Virus record (IMG/VR): IMGVR_UViG_3300045988_174402
Source of the DNA: a virus
DNA: 64,000 nt
Reading direction: 5' to 3' (one strand)
The notes beneath the pieces were generated by a model that was not told the origin of the DNA, searched no databases, and worked only from the letters and a program-made list of their open reading frames with translations. The translations under genes and the position numbers were made by a program. Positions 1-11,172 of the stretch are shown here, in pieces; the stretch's first letter is position 1; the number at the start of each line of letters is the position of its first letter.

Positions 1-636
1 TGTTTCATAAAATGGATCTCCTTCACTATTAAATTTTAGATCTCCTGCTTTATGTGAAACAGTTCTTCCATTTACTTCATGAGTTCCATCTTCATCTCAT
101 TGAGCTAATACAAGTGTAGGACGAGCTATAGCACCTAACCCACCTCATTCATTAGGTGTTCAATCCTCAAACTTACCAGTATCATAATTAAATATCTTAT
201 TTGTTTGTGCTACTTCACGTATCGACATAGTTGGATCAGAAGTTTCATATAGATTAACTATACCTCGACTTCTTCTTTCAGGATTAGAGAATTTAACTAA
301 TCTTGAACTAACATCCAGTACATCGCCGCCGAGAGGTGCAAAATAATCTGCAGGATCATATGTAAATGAATCCATAGCAGTACTTGCTAAATTAGCTTCA
401 TCTGCACGATTATATAAGTCTAAAACGTCTTTATAATATGTATCGAATTTTTGATTATCAAATTCTCCTCTATCGTTTTTAAACGCCTCTTGTATTTCTG
501 GTATACCTTTATAATATTCTCTATCTTTAACATTAGAGTTATCAGGAGTTATTCCTAAATTAACTAACTCTTGAACACTTTTGTCTGGCTGAAAAAATAA
601 TGCCGCCAGCCAATCATTTTTCTTCTGATCCATCAT
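1..636 (-). CDS. hypothetical virion-module protein, 3' end runs off the window
   Basis: ATG at 634-636 is preceded by in-frame TAA at 640-642. Track ORF 160..636 stops at TGA 160-162, but the same frame stays free of TAA/TAG down to position 1 (GKFED-W-TPNE-W-GGLGAIARPTLVLAQ-W-DEDG). Confidence 0.6.
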
Positions 637-639
637 ACT

Positions 640-2535
640 TTAAAAATTAGCTTTTATGCTTTGTTGTTGTTTTTTCAGATTTGCCTGATTATATATATCT
701 CTATATTCACTAGCACTTCCAATTTCATGATTAGATGCAACAGTTGCAAGTTTAGAATCATGCATAGGCATAAATATCATTCCTTTATACATTGAATTTT
801 TATTGCCATGAAATATTTTTCCAAAGAAGCCTGGCTTAAAGTTATCAACCTTTTTGTCTGATTTCTTTACTACATCTCCTCCATAATTTACATAAGTTGA
901 ATAGATATCAAATATTCTATCTTTATCTGGTCCATCAACATGTCATAACCAAGGAGAATTACTATCAAAGTCAATAGCTTTATCACTAGCATAACCTGAT
1001 AATCCAAAAAATACCATCATATCTTCAGGTCTGAATTTTCATCTATTAGTTTCAGTATCAAACTCTAAGTCTAGATCATATTCATGTAATTTTTCTATCA
1101 TTCTTTGTCTAGATACATTAGGATTATCTTCAATTCATTCCTCAAATTTTGTATATCGATCATATGCATCTAAGTCAGGCTTATAAACTCCCATTTGTTC
1201 TGCATCTCGATCTTTTGGAAGTCACATTCTACTAAGTGAACTAGAGCCATCTCACACAAGTCTATTTAAATCAATATCTGATATTCTTTGATCTCCAAAG
1301 AAAATAGAATTTTTATCAACAATATTACCTATTTCAGCCTTATCCAATACATTTTTTAATGTATTTTGAGTTACTTGTGTGCCATTCTTATCTTGTAATG
1401 GATAATCCCTAGTTACAATTTCTAACCCTCCTTTGGCATCAGATGTTGATAAAACTGCAATTTTAGGATCTACAACTCTACCTGCAGCAATAGTTTCTAG
1501 AGAGCTTCTATTAACATCTTTATCAGTTCCTCCAGAACTTCCACTGCCTGCTTTAGATGCAGTTGAATCATAATCTAAAGCTTGTGTATTTTCTACACTA
1601 TGATTTGTATGTTCAACTACAGCAATTTGTAGTAATCGTTTTACATCTTCAGGATTACTTGGATTAAAACCTTCAGCAGCTGCTTGAGCTCTTAAAACGT
1701 TTTTCATATTTTGTGGAAGAGTCTTATATAAATAATTAATAGCTAAATCAAGACTTTCTTTATCATGATATCCCTGATTAGATGTACTATTTGATTCTGT
1801 AACTTTATATATTCCATCTGGTCCATTAAATCCTAATAATTGTTCAAATCCTTTTTCAATTTTATTCTGATATTTAGAAGTATATCTATCAAACTGATTT
1901 GAGGATTTATTAGTTCCAAACGCTCCAATAGTAGCTTTTACATAATCTACTATAGATTTCATTCCAACTGTATTAGATAAATCTGTAAGGATACTATTAT
2001 TATATGCTAGTTCTGGACGTTCTTCTCGAAGATGAATTAATTGAGAATTAGTTAATGCTTGATATTTTTGTGGATTTTTATAATAAGTATCTGCAGATAT
2101 AGTCTTAATACTGCCGTCTTTATTATACACATATAAGCTACCTTCATTACTAATTGCAACTTCAGACCCAGATCCTTCTTTAATAATTTGTTCTGATGCA
2201 GTTTCATGTAATTCATTATTATGTTTAATTCTATTAGCTAAAGATTGTAATCTAATTAAATCAGACATATCATATTGATTACTCTGCCCAGATACAAATA
2301 ATTCACCTAAGTTTTGAGATTTTCTTAAAAAACTATTAGCTCTATCTAAGAAGTAATCTACATCATTAGGTAACCCATTCTCTTTAAGAACATTAATAAT
2401 TTCTTTTTGAATAAGTTGTTCTTCTTTATTTTCACTTGTTTTAGAGGTCTGAGTAGCAACTTGTGTAGGCTCTGCAGCATCTCTAAAAAAGGGGGTATAA
2501 CTAATACCCCCGTTTTGATATCTCTTTATCTTCAT
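640..2535 (-). CDS. hypothetical virion protein (631 aa) with N-terminal MKIKRYQNGG tag
   Basis: Track ORF 1252..2535 ends at TGA. The same frame continues to TAA at 640-642, and the 1896-nt length is divisible by 3. Confidence 0.65.
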
Positions 2536-2537
2536 AT

Positions 2538-5500
2538 TTATGACATCATTTTTAGAAATAACTTAATAATGTTATTATTTAGTTCTCCAACAGCCTTATT
2601 GATAGCTTTTTGCTGGTCTAGATATTGTTGCTCATCTGTTTTACGTAAATATCTACCGCCAGATTTATAACTATAAGGTATAAATCTTTGAATAGGAATT
2701 TGCTCAGGATTAGTATAATTAATTAAATATGGTTTTGTATCTAATTTGTTTCCTCCAAGCCAAAATCTTCTTTGAGATTGCTGATAAGGATTAACTAAAG
2801 CCTCAATTCCATATTTACTACTATTAGTAGCAATATCTCCAGAATATTTGTAATTTAAATAATCATCGATTTTCCAACCACTATATTCTGGATTTTTACC
2901 CTCATTCTGTTGCCAATTATAGAACTCATTAATTTTACTATTTCTAAAATTAGTAAACCAATTACTGAAATCTCCAGCAGCCTTTTGTTGTGCTAATTGA
3001 GCTTGTAAAGCTTGTTTTTCATTTAGATCCTTGGCATAGTCTCCTCTTAACTGATAAATAAGATTCTTAACATTTTGAGTTTGTTGCGTAATCTTATTAG
3101 CATCAGCCATATCTAACTGAGCTAAACCTTGTGCTCAACGGTTTCTATTCTCATTAGTTATCTGAGTTCTAATATTAGCGTATTGTTGTTTTTGAGCAAG
3201 TAACTTATCATTATATTGATCTATCATTTGAGAAAATTTAGCATCTCTTTCTCCTTCTAATTGATCAACATTCATATCTCTCATAAGTCTTTCTGCTAAT
3301 ACTTTATTTGGATCACTAGTCGATGTCTTATATTGACGCATACTTTTAATGCGATCATTATACATTTTATGCAACCCATTATCACTAAATCTAGAGTAAA
3401 ACTCAGTAGGCATTTGTTGTTGAGAACCTATCATTCCTTTACGAATGGCATCTTTCATTTTTTGGGTAGTACGATTGATACCTATTGTAGAAGTAATAAA
3501 GTCTCCTATTCCCATTACCATATCAGGATTAATATTAAATCCTTTTCCTTTGCCATGTCCAAAAGCTGTATAATCAGAGTTATCTGTATTATATGAGGAT
3601 CTGTTTAAATTAGACAAAGTTCTACTAGTAGAATCATTAAGTAATTCTTCTTTTGAATCTAACCTTCCTTTAAACCCAAGATTATTATTAATTTGAGCCA
3701 TTTTAGCATCATTTAAAATTGAATTATACTGATTCCTCACTACAGTATTTTGAGGTGATTGAACAGCTTTATTTAAGCTTGTAGAAGCACGTTTAATAGG
3801 AGTTCCAACAACAGCAACTGGATCTACTTGTACATTAATCGGATTATGATTTTTATCTAGCATATAATCAGCTACACTAGTTCAATTTTGATCTATTGGA
3901 GTACTAAATGTAGGATACTTAGTACCAGGTTGTGCTTTTATAATTTTACCGCCTTTTTTATAAAATACTGGATTATTCTCTGGTTTATAATACCAGAGAT
4001 GTTGTGGTTGATTACTAAATATTCCTAAGTTAGGAGCTAAGTTAGAATAGATTGGCATTGTAATAGGTCTCCGTTTTAGAGCTGTAACAGATGTAAACAT
4101 TTCAGGTCCTCCGAAAAATCTTTGAACTTGAGAAGTTTGTTTATCTGCATAGTTCTTAAAATAAGGATTGCTTCTATTAGTTTTTGCATCTCTAGTAGCA
4201 GCAGTCTTATTCCAATTTCACCAACCCATATCATCTGGATTCCTGTAAGTACTAGGAAGTTCATCATATTTAAATTGTCCTGTATTAAGTCCTTTACTCA
4301 TTGAAGACTTCCAAGGTTTTTTCCAATTGAAATTTACATTAGAGGAACGTTTAATACCATATTCAGAAAGTAAGTCAGTAATATTATCTGTTTTAGCTTT
4401 ACCTAACTTTCCAATAATTATTTCTTCTAACTTTTCAGTTTTTTGATTTTTTGGAAGTGAATTGACCGACTCAATCTCAGAACGACCTAATTTAATAGTA
4501 GGAAGATTTTTGTTATTAGTTGGTTTTAAGGTAACCATATCAGAGTTTCCTCCTTTTAATTTTGCACTTCCTGTGTTACGTTTTAAATTAGCAAAACCTC
4601 TAACTCCATTTAATACAGTACGAACATCTTTAATAGTTCATTTACCATCTTGAATATTTTCTCATGCAGTTGCTAATCCAGATGCAGCACTTCCAAAACT
4701 AACTCCTCTAGTTGCTCACTTAACAGCATTTGCGACAGCCTTAGATTTCTTTAAAGCTTTAGCTATTTTTGCTGCCTTAGCTCCTGAGCCAATCCCAGGA
4801 AGTAAAGTAGCTGCATCTAATCCTAGATTAAGTGCTAAATTACTAACATCGCCTCAATCTAATCCATCTCTAGCAATATCTGCTCCAAAACCAGTTAATG
4901 AACCTACTGCACCAACTCCAGCTCCAGCAACATTGCCAAATCCTGGTACAAAAGTAGCACCTAAAGAAGCAGCATCTGCAACTAAAGCTGCAATTTCAGC
5001 TTTGTCAGCAGCAGTTAATTGTGTACCATCTCCAATAGTTTTTTCTTCTCCAGCAGCGCGAAGTTTTTTATCTGATTGTTGAATTGCTTGTTTACTAGCT
5101 TTTGCACTATTAACTCTATTTGCAGCAACTCCTCCAATTTGATATTTAATAACTCCTCCGTTTTTATTACTTGGAACTCTATAAGCTAAACCTAATTGTT
5201 CTAAGCCTTCAGGAGTAGTAATACTTCTTAGAGCAGAATTACCTCCTGTTCCTGAATATTGCTGTTGATACTTACCAAGCGTTTGAGTTTTAATTAAATC
5301 CTGAAATAATTGATATAAATCAGGATATTTTTGTCCAATAATTGGATTAAACTTAGCATGACGAGTACTAATTGTAGCTATATATGGATTTCTAATAATA
5401 TCACTAATATATCCCTTAACTTCTGGATCTCTTAAGATTTCAGGATGTTGCTCAATATATTGTCCTAAACGAGAATCAATATTCCAATAATAATTTCTCA

Positions 5501-7151
5501 TACTATCTTCAGATCCAGGTAAACGACTATTTAATGTATAGTTATCATTTCCTGGGTTTTCGTCATGAAAATAGTATAATTGAGTTTGAGGATTATAATA
5601 CAATGTAGCTCTTGTTTGAGGATTTGAAGCATCTCCAGTACTTGCTACTTCTTTATATCCTCCAGTATTTCCTATAGTATAGTAACTATTAAAAGCAGTT
5701 GTAGGATTATTTTCATAGTAAGAATTAACTATATTTGGATCTAATTGCTCTTGTAAAGTATTATTATAATTAATTCTTTGTTTAGTTAAAGGATCAATAT
5801 ATACTCTTTCTGCTAAAGTTCTTAAAGGGTGTCCATAGGGATCAAACTGAGAAGAATCTTCAGGATTGTAATTAGGAAAATAATCATAAACTAAAGGATC
5901 ACCTGCTTGTCTAACATAGTTACCAGTTAGATCTGCAGCATATCGATTTGGTTGAAAATACGGGGACCACATTGGATTACCTTCTGAATCAACAGAAGTA
6001 CTAAACCATGGAGATCTAGAACGATTTTCATCCCAATATTGTTTAATAATTGAAGAATTACCAGCAGTTCTCTTATTATCTGCTACAAAATCTAAATACT
6101 TTTGAATTTTAGATAAACTATCTTGGTCATCACCCCTATATACTTTTCCATTAATAACAAATAAACCAGAGTCATCTGGAATATAATCCGCATAACTTCC
6201 ATATTTTCTTTTAAATTCATTATTAAGTCATGCATCTCCAGTTCCAATATATGATAATAATTCTGGATTATTTATAGTTACATTCCCATTTGAATCAACG
6301 TTAAATAGGTTATGGTACTTATCATAATCTCATCCTGCTTTACTTCAGTTTTCTTTTGTTTTCTTAAGTTCTTCTTGTGCAGGATCTACTTCTTTTTGAG
6401 CTTGAACAGGTTTACTTCCTCCTAAAAAGATACCAATATCATCTAATGCCATAGCATCTTCATCCGTCCAATTTCCTTGTTCAAGCCTAGATATAATATC
6501 TTCTATGCCTTGCTCACCATATTTATTGTAAAAGTCTATATAAGCTTGCTTATCTAAATCATTATAGCCTTTAAATTGATCATTATCCCCATAACCTGCA
6601 ATATCTTTTAGACTACGAAGTCTTCTAGTTGCTTTTAGATTATTAGCTCCATTTATATAAACTCTATTTCCATTTACTAATTCAAAATCTCCAGTATCTT
6701 TATTACGCTTATATTCCATAGTAATATCACTAGACCAATCTCTAATATTAATTGGATCTAATGCTTCTACTGGCTTTTTATATTGAAAATCCTTTAAAGC
6801 ATGAACTGCATTTCTTGCAGTATTTTCTTTTCCCCTTCATAGATTTCCAAAACTTCTGCCAAGTCTACTTCGACGTTTACCTAAACGTTCTGCTTGATTA
6901 TTAGTAACATCAAACTGTACTCCTTCTAATCTATCGGCACTAGAATCATATGATAAATTAGCACCTGATCTTAGAGCATCAGTTATTTTACTAAATTGAT
7001 ATGCAGTATCTTGATCTAATGTTTTTCCATAAGAAGACATCTGATTTAGAAAATCATCATCAACCTGATATTGATTACCATCTATAGTAAAAGTGCCGTA
7101 TTTTTGAGTAGGAGTAGAACCGCCTTGTTGATATTTAATTACTTGTGCCAT
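2538..7151 (-). CDS. giant protein (1537 aa), putative tape-measure/ejection-type protein, N-terminal MAQVIKYQQGG tag
   Basis: Track ORFs 6837..7151, 6345..6719, 4854..5972, 4218..4538, 3882..4100, 3135..3863 and 2538..3110 share one frame and are separated only by TGA codons. I hand-translated the junctions, and the true stop is TAA at 2538-2540. A Gly/Ala-rich hydrophobic segment (AALVADAASLGATFVPGFGNVAGAGVGAVGSLTGFGA) is typical of tape-measure or ejection proteins. Confidence 0.55.
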
Positions 7152-7174
7152 TTTATCACACTTACTTTATATAT

Positions 7175-7206
7175 AAAAAGGGAGATTGATCATGTCAAAT
7201 CTCCCT
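7175..7206 (-). terminator. intrinsic terminator after gene 7227..7556
   Basis: Stem agggagatt/aatctccct, followed on the minus strand by a T-run (plus-strand aaaaa at 7175-7179). Confidence 0.6.
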
Positions 7207-7226
7207 TTTATCTAATGATCATTAAA

Positions 7227-7556
7227 TTACTTTTTGCCGAAAAACTTATTTTTCATTTCTCCGCCATTTTCTTTTTTAGCGCATTTCTTACGACCTACTA
7301 TTTTTCCACCCTTTTTGAAAACTGGTTCTCCTTCAGGAGCTTGACCTACAGGACCCTGCGGGCCTTCACTCATAGCTTGCTGTAAAAGTGCTAAAAAGCC
7401 TTCACATACTTGCATTGCTGCCTGGCAATCTTGTGCCTGTAATGCTTGAGCTGCCATCTCTGCTAACATTTGTAGTGGATCTTGTCCACCTTGTGGACCA
7501 GCAGGTGCTACAGGAGCAGGAGCGGGACCGCCTTCTTGATACTTTTTAACTTTCAT
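7227..7556 (-). CDS. small Ala/Gln/Pro-rich protein (109 aa), N-terminal MKVKKYQEGG tag
   Basis: Intact ORF ending in TAA with no in-frame TGA. It looks more G+C-rich than its surroundings, and a TAnnTTTG motif lies upstream. Confidence 0.7.
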   Translation of the reverse strand: MKVKKYQEGGPAPAPVAPAGPQGGQDPLQMLAEMAAQALQAQDCQAAMQVCEGFLALLQQAMSEGPQGPVGQAPEGEPVFKKGGKIVGRKKCAKKENGGEMKNKFFGKK

Positions 7557-7624
7557 AATTTAAATTATTTTAATTTTTATAGATATCTCATAACTCTATG
7601 ATTGTCATATATTCATTTAATGCC

Positions 7625-7632
7625 CAAAGATA
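7625..7632 (-). promoter_or_regulatory. Bacteroidota-type -7 box (TATCTTTG)
   Basis: Plus-strand caaagata is TATCTTTG on the minus strand, about 69 nt upstream of the ATG at 7556. Confidence 0.45.
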
Positions 7633-7725
7633 ATACTTTAGTTATTAATATCCAAATAAAATTACTAAAATTTTCATTTACACTAAATTTTTATGAAAAC
7701 ACTTGCCACATTAGCAATAATATAT

Positions 7726-7733
7726 TATCTTTG
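7726..7733 (+). promoter_or_regulatory. orphan plus-strand -7 box (TATCTTTG)
   Basis: TATCTTTG on the plus strand within the 317-bp intergenic gap, with a CTTG about 21 nt upstream. No plus-strand gene follows it. Confidence 0.35.
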
Positions 7734-7837
7734 TCCTACAACCCAAGAGTATAAAATGAGTCTATTTCATTCTCTTTGGAGATGCTAGATTAAACATGAG
7801 GCAATATAGGGTTATAAAAGATAGTTAATATCTTTTA

Positions 7838-7865
7838 AGGAGAGTAAGAAATTACTCTCCTTTTT
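7838..7865 (+). terminator. plus-strand intrinsic terminator
   Basis: 10-bp stem aggagagtaa/ttactctcct with a gaaa loop, followed by ttttt on the plus strand only. Confidence 0.55.
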
Positions 7866-7873
7866 CATTTTAT

Positions 7874-8488
7874 CTATTTTGGCGATTCAACGTATTCTGG
7901 ATCACGATTATCTTGTTTTTCTAGTATTTTAAACATGTATTTACCTAATTTTTTGTAGGCATTTTCAGTTTTTTCTCTGTTAGCTTTTTTAGCTTTCTTT
8001 ATTAATTGCTTAGTTTCCAGGCGACTAATAATGCGTTCACCTCCTACAAGATCCATTTGAGGTTTGCCATCAGATCCAAGAATGTACATTTTATCTACTT
8101 CTTCTTCGCTAATATCATCTTTATCATCCTCAAAATCTAACTCATCTCCTATTTGAATTCCAGAATTAGCATTAACTTCAAGTACATATTTAGTGGTGTC
8201 TTCAGAATCAGAAGGTTCAGAAACTATAACTTCTGAACTATGAGCTTTACCTAATACAACATTATAAACTTCATCGTCTTGATCTATGAAGATTAGATCA
8301 ATATCAAATTCCATTTCCTCTGTATTAAATACAACCTGACCCTGATCTTCAGGCATAACAAATAGCATACCTTCATCATCATCCATAGATTCTACATTAG
8401 AGAGACCTTGAGTTCTTTCCTCTTCTGTTTCTGCAACTAAGACTTTATATTTCTTATCTGCTATTTCAATTATCGTTTCTTTCATCAT
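7874..8488 (-). CDS. DUF192-like protein
   Basis: Track ORF 7874..8515 ends in TAG. The sequence pattern (AETEEERTQGLSNVESMDDDEGMLFVMPE...FDIDLIFID...KYVLEVNANSG..IGDEL) resembles the DUF192/COG1430 family. The likely start is one of the MMKE ATGs at 8483-8488. Confidence 0.55.
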   Translation of the reverse strand: MMKETIIEIADKKYKVLVAETEEERTQGLSNVESMDDDEGMLFVMPEDQGQVVFNTEEMEFDIDLIFIDQDDEVYNVVLGKAHSSEVIVSEPSDSEDTTKYVLEVNANSGIQIGDELDFEDDKDDISEEEVDKMYILGSDGKPQMDLVGGERIISRLETKQLIKKAKKANREKTENAYKKLGKYMFKILEKQDNRDPEYVESPK

Positions 8489-9986
8489 TAAAATTATTAT
8501 ATAATCCAAAACCAAGCATTACTGGTATATTTCCTATTGCATATTTCATTTTAGAATCTCAGTATTTAGAAGGTTCTTTTGAAACTCCTAGATTTTTTCA
8601 AAAACTTATATCTTCTAATTCTTCATTACGTAAGTCTCCGATACGATCTAAATAATCATTAAGGTACCGTGTTCGTAAATAAGGTCTTTTAATTATCTCC
8701 TCAAATTCCTTCTCTGGCATTTTTTCTAGAAACTCAAATAGCTCGTTTCTATCAGAATTAATTTCAGGATATCGTCCGTTTCTTTTATAAAATTCATTTA
8801 CAAACTCTTCACGGAGTTGTTCATTAACAGCTCTACGTTCTATTGTAGTATTACTTCCAGGAATAGTCTCTATTCTAGTTGGATATGCCTCCGTGATTAA
8901 TTTTTCCTGTTTTGAAGTTAATTCAGTTGGCAATATCTGACCGTCATATACGTATTTATGATTTAATTCATGAGTCATAGTAGATCTATTAAACCCAGTA
9001 TTATTTAAGAATACATAATTTGTTAAGTCTCTTTCATTAGATCGTTTAGGAAAGAAATATCCATGAGCTAATTGATTTCCTTTAGTAGAATTATAAATCG
9101 CTACTCTAGGATTAGTTGAAACAATATTTGATACCTTATATCCCTCTCGTTTAGCTATATTATATGGTATAGATTCAAAGTATTTAGTTTTTTCTGAAGG
9201 TACTGGAAGATCTTCAATAATATCTAATTCTTCATTTTTAAGTTTTATTTTTGATAAATCGTCTCCAGTTTTAGGATGTTTTTTAGTAAAAGTATTTGGA
9301 GTTTTATCTTTAACTACTTCTGCATATTTTCTAAGTTTATCTAAATATCGTTTTCTTAACTCAGAATTAGTTGAATTTTGTGTATTTGTAGGAATAGAAG
9401 GAAACGTATATGGTTGAACTCCTTGGTTAAGAAATCTATTTCTAGTAAAATTTATTCCTCTTTTTAATAATCCTAGACTACCTCCAATATCTAATATATC
9501 TCCAATTCCAGATAAAACAGCTTTTCCATAATTTCCTGCTTTAGCTTCTCTATAAGTTTTTTGTACTCCATTATCACTAAGAAAATTTCTAGCTCCATCA
9601 ACAGTTAATCCTATGTCAATTCCTGTTTTAATTCACTTTGGTAATTGACTATATATTCAAGATGCGCTTGGCGCCGCCAAAGCTCCTGCTCCAATTATTG
9701 CTGAAGCATACATAGCTGTATTTAATCCTTCATACCCTCTTCTCTGTTTAGCAGCATCCTCTCCTATCTTTCCTAACAACTCTCTAGCTTCTTCATTTCC
9801 ACTATTTGCAGAAGATGTTAATGTAGAAATGTGTTCTCTATATTTACTAGGATTAGTTTCTTTTAAATCGTTAATTCTTGTCTCTAAAGATGTAGTTGGC
9901 TTTAGAGGAGTATACAGCTCTGGATTTTTATTGATATTATCCAGAGCTGTAACAACTTGTGATCTTATATCTAATGGTATATTACT
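8454..9986 (-). CDS. HExxH (HELNH) metallopeptidase-motif protein, start codon unclear
   Basis: Track ORF 8598..8978 extends past its TGA to TAA at 8454-8456. Upstream the frame stays open to 9986 (TAG at 9987-9989), but the first ATG lies about 90 codons in. Confidence 0.45.
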
Positions 9987-11172
9987 CTATACTTTTAATT
10001 AAACCACTTCTATCATCTGTGTTTTTTAGTAATTCGTAGCAGATAAGTTTACCAGCTTCTATAGCTATATCATCAGATGAATCATCTTGATATTGCTTAT
10101 ATAATCTCTCTAATTCATCAGTAAACTCTTTACGAAAGATAACTTCTTCTTTTTCAATTTCTGCTTGCTGAATTACTCCTCCTTCTCCCTGAGCAACAAC
10201 TGGAATACCTTTACTAGTAATTTGTCCTTCTAATTCAGGATTTATTTTTTCTAAATTGTGCTTTCTAGCATGTAAAGCACCTTCTGGTATTAGATTCATT
10301 TTTCCTCCAAGTTGAAACTTTTTAGGTTCTGTGGAGTTGGTTGATCACCTACTTATAATTACTCTTGCTTCATCTAATTCTGGAAATTTCATTCCGTGTT
10401 TAGCTAATGAGTATAATTGTTGACCTCCTGAAAATCTTAATTGATTTTGAGTATTAAGAGACATTGCAGCATCACTATCAAGTCTTTTTTTGTTAAAGTC
10501 AGTTATATCTGCCTTCTTATTATACATAGATCAAGCGTTAGCTATTTGTTTTTCTTTCTTTCCTTTTCCAAATAATATACTTTTCCCACCTAGATCAGAC
10601 GCAGCTTGTTCTTTATTAAAAGAATAATCAGACGCCACACTACTTCTATCAAAATTGTGTTTAGTTAACTTACTACTAAATAAACTTGCAGCGTTTCCAA
10701 TAACAGGAATACTACTAATAACTTTATCTCCTGTAGATACTCCATCAAGCTTTTTACCTGCCATGCCTGCTATGCCTCCTAATAAATCATCAGCAGCACC
10801 TATAGCCATTCCTATTGGTCCTAACTTATCAGTAACTGACCTAATTCCAGATTTAATTGCAGCTGCTTGTTCTCCTCCATTTGGACCTCCAATATTTCCA
10901 ATAGCTCCTAATGCTTGAGAAGCTATATTCATACCTGTAGAACCCATAAAGTTTCCAAAACCACTTGTTGGTTTTGTTAAGTTTAATGACGATGCTGAGC
11001 TTTTAAACTTTGGCATATCCTGTTGGATTGTAGTTGAAGATTTTTTCATGAAACTAGATTGAGGCATGCTAGGCATAAGATTTTTATTTACCTTACTAAG
11101 CATATCTACATCCATAATTCCTGCTACTTCTCCTCCAGTAATTAACTTATTTATTTTTCTATATTTATACAT
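9982..11172 (-). CDS. hypothetical virion protein (396 aa), Gly-rich
   Basis: Track ORFs 10531..11172, 10345..10527 and 9982..10299 share one frame and are joined through TGA codons at 10531 and 10345. The stop is TAA at 9982-9984. Confidence 0.6.

Noticed and set aside
2486-2516. A G5...C5 hairpin (gggggtataactaataccccc) as a regulatory element.
   Set aside because: It lies inside the coding sequence for the YQNGGISYTP tag, and codon choice for Gly-Gly and Thr-Pro explains it. There is no independent support.
7557-7873. A suppressor tRNA in the large intergenic gap, and likewise at 57480-57640.
   Set aside because: There is no cloverleaf-compatible sequence, no GTTCRANYC-like T-arm, and no proper anticodon-loop context around the tca triplets. 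In addition, 57480-57623 is coding once TGA is read as Trp.
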